DNA from: Candidatus Aenigmarchaeota archaeon LH_S7
Lineage (GTDB): Archaea > Aenigmatarchaeota > Aenigmatarchaeia > QMZS01
NCBI GenBank assembly: GCA_023659895.1
Contig: JAGXOL010000005.1
Location: 1 to 47,206, forward strand
DNA: 47,206 bases
Reading direction: 5' to 3'
Below the pieces are notes generated by a model that ran no database searches, had not been told where the DNA came from, and worked only from the letters and a program-made list of their open reading frames with translations. A program made the translations under genes and the position numbers. The number at the start of each line of letters is the position of its first letter. The stretch's first letter is position 1. Positions 39,501 to 47,206 of the stretch are shown piece by piece.

Positions 39501-41661
39501 TTCTGTATTTAAAACTGTCATTCCACCAATCACTTGGTTTTGCTATTGTCCCATTATTTCCATACTTTGAAATATCTACTGCTTTTGTTTCGTTTTCTCC
39601 AATAGCTGAATTATTGTTGAAATTCATTCCTAAGACTAAGGAATCATCATAGAATGTGTAATTTGTTGTGTTCCAGTTGAATTTGAAAGTATCAAGATTC
39701 AGTTCATCAATTGTGATGTTTGCTTCTGTCCAATTTCTTGATATTGTTGTTCCATTTGGCTCTGTTGGGGGAGTAAAGTTCAGAACTGGGTTGGTTGTGT
39801 CCAAGGTTATTGTCCTTATTTTTTGTCCTATGTTCCCTAAAGTGTCGTTTGCTGTTGCATTTAGGTAATAAGTATCTTCTGGTAAATCCGTGTAGTTAAT
39901 GTAAATTTGTGTGTCTGAGGTTGTGTTTTCTTGGTATAGTCCTGTTGAGTTGTAGAGAGTTAGGTTTATTGTGTCCAATCCTACTCCTGAGTCTGGAGCT
40001 GTTACATTTGCTGAAATCCAGTCCTGGAAGTGGTTTCCTGCTTCTGTTGTTGGGTCTGTGAAATTGATTTCTGGTGGTGTTGTGTCTAAATTAATTGTCC
40101 TCGTTTCTGTCTGATTTGTATTTCCTGCTGTATCATTAATATAAGCCTTAATTGTGTAAGTTCCATCTGATAAGGAAGTTTTATTCTCCCAATAAACATC
40201 TCCTGATTGATTGTCAAAAGTTTCATTAGTTCCATTCCATTCAAACAGAACTGTATCTTTGTTTGTGTCTGAAGCAGTTACATTAATGAAAATCCAGTTC
40301 TGAGAATAATTACCTTCTTGGGTTGTTGTTGGATTATAAGATATTGTTGGTGATGTAGTATCAACACCAATATCTATACTAGAACTCTGCCCTGTTTTTT
40401 GACTAGAATCAGTATCAGTACAATTAACATAAACTGTGTAGGTGCTATCTGACAAACTTGTATTAGATTCAAGATTTGTTAATGTGTTGTTCTGAACTGA
40501 TGAATTAGTTCCATAAGCAGTACCATTAAAATAAACAGTGCAGCTAAAAGTTTGGTTACTATCATCAGTTGCAGTAAAATTAACATCTGGTGTTGTATCA
40601 GTTGTGTCGTAACTTGTGGAGTTCATTGTAACATTTGGAGCTTGGTTTGGGGTATAAGTAACATTTATAATAAGTTGGTCGAGTAGTATATCAACATTTT
40701 GGTCACTATCTTCGTAAGCAGTAAAATTCATAACCATTTTGCTTGCTTTTGCTGCTGTGTTTATAACATCTTTTATGGATGTGCCATTAGCTAGAGTATC
40801 ATAGTAATAAGTGGTATAACTCGCTGGTGCTGTATTGGTATTATTCCACTCTTCTAGCAGGTACCAGTCAGGTGTTCCAGACTCATTATCACCTATCCAC
40901 AATTTTGCCCAGCTTCCTGCTTCATTAGTTAGAGCTTCATCTGTATCCCATACAAAAGTTGCATTTATTAAATCTATAGTTGAGCTGTTAGGTATAGTTT
41001 TGTTATCATAATCTGCTACCACAGTCCATGTCCCCGCTTTATCCAAATCATTAGATGTGCTAATAGTCGTATCATCTACATCGTGAAGTGCACTGACATC
41101 TACTGCACCATCCAAATCAGGGTTATCTGTATACCTTGTTGCATATTGTGTAATTGTAGTCGGGTCGCTCCACTCCACCTCAACAGAAGAACTCAATCCT
41201 TTAATATTTGTTGCAGTAATTGTTGTTATATAATCTCTTTGCTCAGTGTTGTGAACAAGCCAATCTCCTTGCCAGGTTCCTTGATATAAAGAGCCATTTA
41301 TCAATTCCAATTCAATTGTTTCTATACCACCAATATCTGCTATTACTGAAGAAATTCCATAATTGTCCTCAATTTCTGCTGTTATTATCATTGTATCCCC
41401 TGGTCTGACTTTTGATGGTTCTACTGAGGCTGATTTTATTTTTGGTGCAGAGATCTTTTGAGAGAGTTGATTTTCATTTCCTGCTGTATCATTAATATAA
41501 GCCCTAATTGTATGATTTCCATCTCCACCAGTAAAAATCACACCAGATAAAAATACAGAAGCTGCTAAAGATAATAACAATCCAATAATTAATCCAGTTT
41601 TAAGAGTTTTGTTTTTCACCTTTCCTATATTCTTACTCATCCCTAATAATTCTATACCCAT
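36532..41661 (-). CDS. Giant secreted glycoprotein/adhesin: Ig-like repeats, LamG domain, two DUF2341 domains, C-terminal WxL-like domain
   Basis: DxAGN Ig repeats; LamG motifs GKFGKALSFDG.DDYV and FNGTIDEVRIYNRALS; DUF2341 motifs DGDDLR...YxYYGN x2. Start probably 41661 or 41640. Confidence 0.85.
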   Translation of the reverse strand: MGIELLGMSKNIGKVKNKTLKTGLIIGLLLSLAASVFLSGVIFTGGDGNHTIRAYINDTAGNENQLSQKISAPKIKSASVEPSKVRPGDTMIITAEIEDNYGISSVIADIGGIETIELELINGSLYQGTWQGDWLVHNTEQRDYITTITATNIKGLSSSVEVEWSDPTTITQYATRYTDNPDLDGAVDVSALHDVDDTTISTSNDLDKAGTWTVVADYDNKTIPNSSTIDLINATFVWDTDEALTNEAGSWAKLWIGDNESGTPDWYLLEEWNNTNTAPASYTTYYYDTLANGTSIKDVINTAAKASKMVMNFTAYEDSDQNVDILLDQLIINVTYTPNQAPNVTMNSTSYDTTDTTPDVNFTATDDSNQTFSCTVYFNGTAYGTNSSVQNNTLTNLESNTSLSDSTYTVYVNCTDTDSSQKTGQSSSIDIGVDTTSPTISYNPTTTQEGNYSQNWIFINVTASDTNKDTVLFEWNGTNETFDNQSGDVYWENKTSLSDGTYTIKAYINDTAGNTNQTETRTINLDTTPPEINFTDPTTEAGNHFQDWISANVTAPDSGVGLDTINLTLYNSTGLYQENTTSDTQIYINYTDLPEDTYYLNATANDTLGNIGQKIRTITLDTTNPVLNFTPPTEPNGTTISRNWTEANITIDELNLDTFKFNWNTTNYTFYDDSLVLGMNFNNNSAIGENETKAVDISKYGNNGTIAKPSDWWNDSFKYRKKLTITNNNATNLTAGDPINFTLDTASLVSAGKLLANGDDLRIIHVTTEINRTNSTEFNSSDTMIWFNAQDTIGNGDLTSDYYVYYGNSEAGIPNTGGITTEQNYDLTVDKGEESVIRAQYVDGKFGKALSFDGLDDYVDCGNDSSLDITDAITVESWMNPLDAWAYKKPITLDPATPETDYQVKVELNTTNFDYSHAQSDGDDLRFYQSNGTKLNYWLEKWNTTGNSTIWVKVATNNTDKIYMYYGNPSATYNNTKGGANTFEFFDDFNLPDGSLPDSSKWNHSWTDGSSEIINGELNLSVTATADSWVYEGWKTFTKLPRKVVYETNYRFEIHEQNYMYQFGILRHDYSGDDRDYYDFTEQDYYDGIALRKIKGSTSTAFENHTHDPDSNWHSIKLLANESNLRSIWDNNITLEGKDDEFQDPYPMFIVAGSKGAGNTITVHVDDIRVRKYTSTEPNATVGNETAAGISKAGSYGIGANTTTAFASINNETIAGAISSGWNHITQTYNSSEQKLYVNGELKTSQALTGSISTNTNNLLIGDYLFNGTIDEVRIYNRALSPDEIKMHYKSEFSKFNSTQYRFYDNVTDLADGTYTYYGWANDTASNEGQTDNNKLRYLNVDTTPPTISIIYPDSNSITNNYIINGTSTDLTLNYTNISIKQGGTIINSTTNSSEDWEVHLYAPDGTYNITATAYDGVGYSNSTTNTNITIAVPPEIQFVTPTTETGNQTETWISANVTVSDTNLDTLTLNLYNSTGLYQENTTSDTQIYINYTDLARDTYYLNATANDTAGNENKTETREIKITALTISVHETDNSSDKSWNINDIPLNFQYYCYAGVDGSCNSSLADDGDGSTCNFTIENNGSNTVDILMYALGDYSSSYYICSSSDSTTDGDDSGCQDPPAIGANGADNIQIYNSSAWFNVSSKIHDGDAYGMAVACDLPANTNLSDIDFQVRVPDGVAPSSYSATLQFVAYSDISGCSVGSYFVP

Positions 41662-41732
41662 TTTCTTCACCTTTTTCAACAACATAATAAAACTCTGTTG
41701 CACCTTATTTATAGTTAATGTCACAATTTTTT

Positions 41733-41975
41733 ATACAATCCTGGTAGGAATGTCTTTACTCATTGTGACATAAATAATTTTCTTTTTGAGAATATGTAAA
41801 GGAGTGACCTTATAGTTTCTATGAACGAATGTTGAGATTTAACAAATATCTGTGATATCCTTCTTCTTATACTTCTCCATATTTGTTCTATTGGATTCAA
41901 ATCGGATGAATAAGGTGGAAGAAACACTAGGGTTATTCCAAACGATTGCATATTCTACTACTTCTCTTGTATATT
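41733..41975 (-). mobile_element. IS630-family transposase C-terminal remnant
   Basis: LVFLPPYSSDLNPIEQIWRSIRR (DDE_3 signature); 5' part missing; possible terminus near ..TTGTATA. Confidence 0.82.
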
Positions 41976-42033
41976 TTTTAAGATATTGTCCTTGAATTTT
42001 CCAAAAATCTTCCAAATTTATGTTTTTTGTGTT

Positions 42034-43215
42034 TTGACACTCTCCACAAAGTCGGGAGATTCTGATGTCATATTGCATCAGTTTCGGGCAAAGTCAAGGT
42101 TGCCCCGTCTTCCAAGATATACCCAGAAGACAATTTATTACCTATATTGAAAGCACCATTTATATCTGCATTAAAGTCTTTTAGTCCACAAACAGAACAA
42201 TTGAAAACTCCCTGCCTTGGTCTTGAGCCTTCAATACCACATTTGGAGCAGGTATGACTTGTTCCCCTTTCATTCAATTTAATTACCCTTATTCCATTCC
42301 AATTTGCTTTGTATTCAAGCATTTGGGTTAACTCCAGATAAGGCATATTTGAAACAATCTTATTGAAGTTTCTGCCTTTCACTGAACTTCTAATCCCTTT
42401 CAAATTCCCCAACACAATTACAGAGTTATTGGTCTGTGCAAACTCTATAATCCTATTAGAAATATTATGGAGACAATCAGTTACTTTTCTTTGTTCTTTC
42501 TGTCCAAATCTTTTTATTTCCTTTAACAGTTTCTTTTCACCAAGTTGCTTCCTAATATAGTCGTATTTTCTTCTTATTCCTCTGACTTCTTTGCCATAGA
42601 ATTTAGGAGTCATTAAAGCAGAGGGTTGCATCACTGATACTCCCATATACTTCTGTCCTAAATCAAGACCAAGAATAGAGTCATAAGTATTATTTAGTTC
42701 AACTTCTTTTTGAACTGTTAGATTTAAAAACCAATTATTTTTCTTTCTAAATAGTTTGGATTCACAAATCTCATAATCTTCAAAGAGAAAAGGTTGTGAT
42801 TTAATTGCTAACTTTAAACCACCTGCCCTCTGTTTAGTAGGTATTTTAACCCAATATTTAGATAGTTTGTTATCTGTTTTCCTAATCTCTAATAAATCTT
42901 TTCTAAAGGATATTGGATATTCTTTATTTGGTTTAATCTTTTTGTAAAATCTTAAGGCTTGTTGTATATTTGCAGAATAAATCTTCTTTTTAAGAGAATT
43001 GTAAATAGGTAGAGAACCTAATCCAAATTTTTCTAATTGTAGCAGTTCTTGTAAATTGTTATTTTCTTTGTTTAAATGTTTTAGTTTTAATTCTGTTGGC
43101 TTTATTATCTTGCATTTAACTGTTTTTCTGACCCTAACCATATTTAATTATTGTTTTTAAATTATTTTAAGGACAATTCATCTCCACAATTAAATTCGGG
43201 AGTTTTCTTGCCTTT
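42034..43215 (-). mobile_element. IS200/IS605-family (IS1341-type, tnpB-only) element
   Basis: Left-end hairpin CAAGAAAACTCCCGAATTTAATTGTGGAGATGAATTG (~43173-43211); right end AATCTCCCGACTTTGTGGAGAGTGTCAA ending at 42034. The exact left boundary is uncertain. Confidence 0.8.
42068..43141 (-). CDS. tnpB: RNA-guided endonuclease TnpB
   Basis: RuvC-I GLDLG; VLGNLKGIR; LEYKA..G; ERGTSHTCSKC; F.CSVCG; RuvC-III NADINGAFNI. Confidence 0.93.
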   Translation of the reverse strand: MVRVRKTVKCKIIKPTELKLKHLNKENNNLQELLQLEKFGLGSLPIYNSLKKKIYSANIQQALRFYKKIKPNKEYPISFRKDLLEIRKTDNKLSKYWVKIPTKQRAGGLKLAIKSQPFLFEDYEICESKLFRKKNNWFLNLTVQKEVELNNTYDSILGLDLGQKYMGVSVMQPSALMTPKFYGKEVRGIRRKYDYIRKQLGEKKLLKEIKRFGQKEQRKVTDCLHNISNRIIEFAQTNNSVIVLGNLKGIRSSVKGRNFNKIVSNMPYLELTQMLEYKANWNGIRVIKLNERGTSHTCSKCGIEGSRPRQGVFNCSVCGLKDFNADINGAFNIGNKLSSGYILEDGATLTLPETDAI

Positions 43216-43230
43216 GGTTAATTATAATCG

Positions 43231-43575
43231 TTAAAATTTTTTAACCCTAATACTCTGAATTATTCTATGGAATATATTAAACCTCCCCTTTTTCTCCTCC
43301 TCTTTCTTTCTTAGATTAGCGTTATAAATTATTTCAGCTAATGTTTTTGAGGTAATTTCCATGATCTTATTAAATTTAATATCAACTTCAGACATTTCTC
43401 CCTTATCTAAAAGCACCTTGCAATCATTTAACAAATCTTTTGCAGCTTTTATATTATAACTAAAAACATCATATTCTTCAGGGTAGTAATCCTTAACCAA
43501 TCTTTCTTGAGTTTCCTGTTTTTCTAATTTATCTCTTAATTGATTAATTGAATTTCTTATCTTACCTTCATCCAT
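43231..43575 (-). CDS. Hypothetical helical protein
   Basis: 114-aa ORF with normal composition. Confidence 0.6.
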   Translation of the reverse strand: MDEGKIRNSINQLRDKLEKQETQERLVKDYYPEEYDVFSYNIKAAKDLLNDCKVLLDKGEMSEVDIKFNKIMEITSKTLAEIIYNANLRKKEEEKKGRFNIFHRIIQSIRVKKF

Positions 43576-43630
43576 CTTAATTAAGTTTGTTTTCTCTGGG
43601 TAAAAAATAATTACCTGTCATTACCCAAAA

Positions 43631-44461
43631 CTACCAATCACTAAATCTATCTCTCCTACTATTTTCTTGCTTACTTTCTTCTTTATTGTCTTTACTTTCC
43701 CTGTTCTTTTTTTCCTCCTTTCTCTTCATATCATCAAAAGCCTCTACTCCCTTATCCTGCGATTTTCTTTCTCTTATCTTCGCGAATATATCTGGTAAGA
43801 ACTGTTTGAATGCTCTCTCAAAAGCATTGGAACGAACACTAAGATCCTCTACCTCTTCTTTGAGTTTTTTAATCTCTTCTTTTAAATTATCAATGCTCTT
43901 ATCTTCTTTTTGCGTAGAAGAACCTATCACTTTCTTTAGTTTCTCGTTTTCCTTTTTTAGTTTCTCGTGCTCATTGTGGATATATTCAAACTTTGAGTCA
44001 AGTTTTTCAAATTTTTCCTCAACCACTCCTTCAACAACTTCCTCTATCAGATCAGTTGGATCAAACTGAGCTTCTAAAGGTACTTGACCTGTAGCAGGTA
44101 CACTTAATTTAGACTTAGGAGCAAGTTCTCCCCTGGTTGGTAATTCACCTTGTCCCCCACCTTTCTGTGTTCCCTGTCTAGTTTGAGGGGGTTGAGATTC
44201 ATAAGTTTTTGGAGATCCTTGCTGTTGATAACGTTGTTGAGAACCATATTGTTGTTGGCTTTGCTGACTTTGATTTGGTTCAGTTCCTTCCTTCAAGGCT
44301 TGGAGCATTGCCTTCTCAATAACTTGAAAAGAATAACCATGACTCTTAAGTTGGTTGATAATCTCTTTATCATGTTTACCTTCATCTCTCAACTTTTTAA
44401 CTTCATTTATAGGGACAGTACCTTCCTCTTCCCCTTCCTTATGTTGGAACGGCAGTTTCAT
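43631..44461 (-). CDS. Hypothetical protein (N-terminal helical domain, Q-rich linker, coiled coil)
   Basis: Overlaps the upstream gene; IEEVVEGVVEEKF coiled segment; divergent from the secretion ATPase. Confidence 0.7.
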   Translation of the reverse strand: MKLPFQHKEGEEEGTVPINEVKKLRDEGKHDKEIINQLKSHGYSFQVIEKAMLQALKEGTEPNQSQQSQQQYGSQQRYQQQGSPKTYESQPPQTRQGTQKGGGQGELPTRGELAPKSKLSVPATGQVPLEAQFDPTDLIEEVVEGVVEEKFEKLDSKFEYIHNEHEKLKKENEKLKKVIGSSTQKEDKSIDNLKEEIKKLKEEVEDLSVRSNAFERAFKQFLPDIFAKIRERKSQDKGVEAFDDMKRKEEKKNRESKDNKEESKQENSRRDRFSDW

Positions 44462-44837
44462 CTTTCAATTTCCTCAATTCACGATTAAACTCAGTCCAAG
44501 TAACAAACTCGTGTTTGATTGGAGAGAGCATATCTAATAATTCAGAGAGTTCTTCCACATCTCTTTTTTTAGCAAAATTCTTATTTTTCTCATTAATCTT
44601 CATTATTTCTCCTTTTAGTTCATCAATACTCTTGTTTAATTCATCTATGTTGTTCATAATTTTCTCTATTTTCTCATTATATGCTTTCTGGTCTTTGAGT
44701 TTTTGTTCCTCCATGTTCTCAGTCTTGGAATTAATATGTCTTATTTGCTCATCCACCTTTCTAAGCCTTTGAGTGTGTTGATTAGCCCTCCTAACTAATT
44801 CCTGTAAAATTGCTTCGTTTTGCTTAGATTCAGCCAT
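44439..44837 (-). CDS. Hypothetical coiled-coil protein
   Basis: Heptad-rich; ends LDMLSPIKHEFVT. Confidence 0.7.
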   Translation of the reverse strand: MAESKQNEAILQELVRRANQHTQRLRKVDEQIRHINSKTENMEEQKLKDQKAYNEKIEKIMNNIDELNKSIDELKGEIMKINEKNKNFAKKRDVEELSELLDMLSPIKHEFVTWTEFNRELRKLKDETAVPT

Positions 44838-44893
44838 AATAATTTTATGTAAGTTATTATTAAAAAGACTAAAAATTAATTAGGGACTAAATT

Positions 44894-47131
44894 ATGCCTT
44901 GTGATTATACCCATGAGAACCATGTATTGAAAATAGATTGTCTTAAATGTATTTACGGTTCATCAGTGGAAGATTTCCCTCATTGTATGGCAGCAGTTAT
45001 AAACTACTTGATGGCTGTGAAGGATGCTAATTCCATAATACTCAGCAAGGAAAGAGAATACGAATATAATTATGAGCAGACCCAAATGTTATTGGAAATC
45101 GCAAAACTAATAGAAAAGATAACCCGTGATGTCAAACTTTTTTCTCCTAAAAATCTTGTAATACCTAAGTGCGATAGGTGTGTTTCAAGCAGGATGGATT
45201 TCCTACAAAATGTAATCTTAACAAAATTGAAAACAGACCCTGTTGGAGCTTATGTAATTTTAAGTAGGAGAATAAGGCACACAAAAGTCTTGATAGAAAG
45301 GATGAAAGGAATTTGTAAAGGATGTTATCAACATTACTTGGACAACACTTTAGAGCCACTCAAAGAAATGTTGGAAGAAACCACTTTGATAAAACAAAGC
45401 CAAGAATTTCTTCCTGGTTACAAGGTTGGGGAAAGATCTATCTACAGGCAATTTTTTATACCATCTGTAAGACCAAATTTCACTTACACAAAATATCAAT
45501 CAACACCTCCTGAAAAATCTGAACTTATAGAAAGCTATAGCTTAGAAAACGCGAAAGTGGAAATATACAAAGTCCCTGGTGAAGTACGTTTACTTTACCA
45601 TATAGTTCCAATAGAATTTAATCTTGAAGAGGAAGAGTATGAGTTGCTAGACCAAGCTAAGAGATACATGGCTAATCACCGCCCTTCGGAAAGACAAGAA
45701 CTGGCTACTGAAGAAGTGAGAAGAAGTTTTTATAATATAGGATTAGACCTACTAAGGGACTTGTCTGGAAGCCAAAATATTTCTGAAGATAGATTAAAGT
45801 TAATCGCGGGGATTTTAGTTAGGTACACAACAGGGATAGGGATTTTAGAATTGATTCTTTCTGATTCAAGAGTACAAGATGTTTATGTGAACACACCTCC
45901 TGGAAGTTCACCAATTTATATTATCCACGGAACTTATGGGGAATGTAAGACAAATATTGTTCAAACCAAAGAAGACGCAGAATTATTAGCCACTCGTTTA
46001 AGACTAACTTCTGGAAGGCCCCTTGATGAATCCAACCCTGTTTTAGATGCTGAAATAAATGTTCCAGGTGGCAGGGCAAGAGTTGCTTCAATAATGCAGA
46101 GTTTGTCCCCTGATGGTCTGGGGTTCGCTTTGAGGAGACACAGAGAAAAACCTTGGACTTTCCCTCTTTTCCTCAATGAAAACATGTTCAATCCTTTGGC
46201 CGCGGGTTTACTGTGGTTTGTTATTGATGGAGGGCGTTCCTTATTAATTGGGGGTACTAGGAGTTCTGGAAAGACTTCCTTGCTAGGTTCATTAATATCG
46301 CAAATAATGAAAAATAAAAGGATTATTACTTGTGAAGATACTTTAGAGCTTCCTGTTAACAATTTTAGAGATTTAGGATATAATATCTTGAGATTAAAAT
46401 CAAGAAGTGTTATCACAATGGTTGAAACTGAATTACCTGCTGAAGAAGCCTTGCGTGTTTCATTGCGTTTAGGAGATTCCTGTTTAATAGTAGGTGAGGT
46501 AAGAAGTAAGGAAGCTATTGCTTTGTATGAAGCTATGCGTATAGGTGCTATGGGTAATGTTGTGGCTGGAACTATACATGGAGAAAGTGCTTATGGGCTT
46601 TATGACCGTGTAGTCAATGATTTGGGTGTACAACCAACAAGCTTTAAAGCAACTGATTTAATAGTTATAAACAACAGTTTGAAAAGTGCGGATGGTTTGA
46701 GAAGTTTTCGTAGAACAACAGCATTCACAGAAATAAGAAAGCACTGGAAGGAGGATCCTTCTGAGGAAAAAGGTTTCGTGGATTTACTTGAATACAATGC
46801 TAAAGAAGACAAATTAAAACCAACTCCTACTTTACTCGCGGGTGAGAGTGAGATAATAAATTCTATTTCAAGAAATGTTCGTGAATGGAGGGGTGACTGG
46901 GATGCTGTATGGAACAATATAAATTTGAGAAGTAAAGTTCTCAATACAATTGTAGATATTGCAAACAAATCAAACAAAAAACAAGTTTTGGAAGCTTCTG
47001 TATCAATATTATCAAACTCTATGTTCCATTTGATTTCTGAACAAGTAAAAAAGGAGATGGGCGGGTTGGATTCAAAAGAAATTTACAACAGGTGGTTAAA
47101 GTGGTTCAAGAATTATGTGAATCAACTGTAA
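44894..47131 (+). CDS. Type II/IV secretion system ATPase (VirB11/TadA/ArlI superfamily) with Cys-rich N-terminal domain
   Basis: SGRPLDE.NPVLDA, Walker A GGTRSSGKT, Asp box EDTLEL, Walker B LIVGEVR, His box GTIHG. Confidence 0.92.
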   Translation: MPCDYTHENHVLKIDCLKCIYGSSVEDFPHCMAAVINYLMAVKDANSIILSKEREYEYNYEQTQMLLEIAKLIEKITRDVKLFSPKNLVIPKCDRCVSSRMDFLQNVILTKLKTDPVGAYVILSRRIRHTKVLIERMKGICKGCYQHYLDNTLEPLKEMLEETTLIKQSQEFLPGYKVGERSIYRQFFIPSVRPNFTYTKYQSTPPEKSELIESYSLENAKVEIYKVPGEVRLLYHIVPIEFNLEEEEYELLDQAKRYMANHRPSERQELATEEVRRSFYNIGLDLLRDLSGSQNISEDRLKLIAGILVRYTTGIGILELILSDSRVQDVYVNTPPGSSPIYIIHGTYGECKTNIVQTKEDAELLATRLRLTSGRPLDESNPVLDAEINVPGGRARVASIMQSLSPDGLGFALRRHREKPWTFPLFLNENMFNPLAAGLLWFVIDGGRSLLIGGTRSSGKTSLLGSLISQIMKNKRIITCEDTLELPVNNFRDLGYNILRLKSRSVITMVETELPAEEALRVSLRLGDSCLIVGEVRSKEAIALYEAMRIGAMGNVVAGTIHGESAYGLYDRVVNDLGVQPTSFKATDLIVINNSLKSADGLRSFRRTTAFTEIRKHWKEDPSEEKGFVDLLEYNAKEDKLKPTPTLLAGESEIINSISRNVREWRGDWDAVWNNINLRSKVLNTIVDIANKSNKKQVLEASVSILSNSMFHLISEQVKKEMGGLDSKEIYNRWLKWFKNYVNQL

Positions 47132-47206
47132 TCTACTCCACAACTAAAGTCGGGAGCTTTCCATAAGTTGGATAGAGCTACACCGTAGACTTTGTTAATC
47201 CAACAT
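47128..47206 (-). mobile_element. Right end of a second IS200/IS605-family element (continues beyond window)
   Basis: Minus strand GGAAAGCTCCCGACTTTAGTTGTGGAGTAGATTAC shares the CTCCCGA..TT..GTGGAG hairpin with both ends of the 42034-43215 element. Confidence 0.7.

Noticed and set aside
41839-42078. 79-aa ORF downstream of tnpB
   Set aside because: Spans the IS right end and the out-of-frame IS630 remnant; chimeric.
42068-43141. Cas12f/Cas14 effector
   Set aside because: No CRISPR array or cas genes nearby, and IS605-type end hairpins flank the gene.
10141-46977. Numerous short ORFs antisense to, or nested in, long genes
   Set aside because: Shadow ORFs of well-supported CDSs, with F/S/L/I-rich antisense composition.

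Overview
AT-rich archaeal chromosomal window, most likely DPANN (an Aenigmarchaeota-like gene set; this is inference). Left part: the 3' part of an intein-containing class II ribonucleotide reductase, the SRP RNA, an rpoH-rpoB''-rpoB' operon not followed by rpoA, and three tRNA genes (Pro, Lys-UUU, Ser-GGA). The tRNAs carry seven introns, most with recognisable bulge-helix-bulge (BHB) motifs. Their 59/60 T-loop introns and 3' trailers are built from one family of ~28-nt hairpin+CAAAA modules, including nested ones. This is the most striking unexplained structure in the window. Middle: housekeeping genes (FKBP, radA, a divergent SepRS, a GGR-family reductase, scpB) and membrane/surface proteins. 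Right: a subtilase bracketed by two relics of a foreign rpoB 3' end, and a ~16-kb cell-surface cluster resembling a WxL/Csc or chaperone-subunit system, including a 1,700-aa nested LamG/DUF2341 protein. These are followed by an IS630 remnant, a TnpB element, a type II/IV secretion ATPase locus and the end of a second IS605-family element. All assignments come from motif reading by eye; no searches were run.
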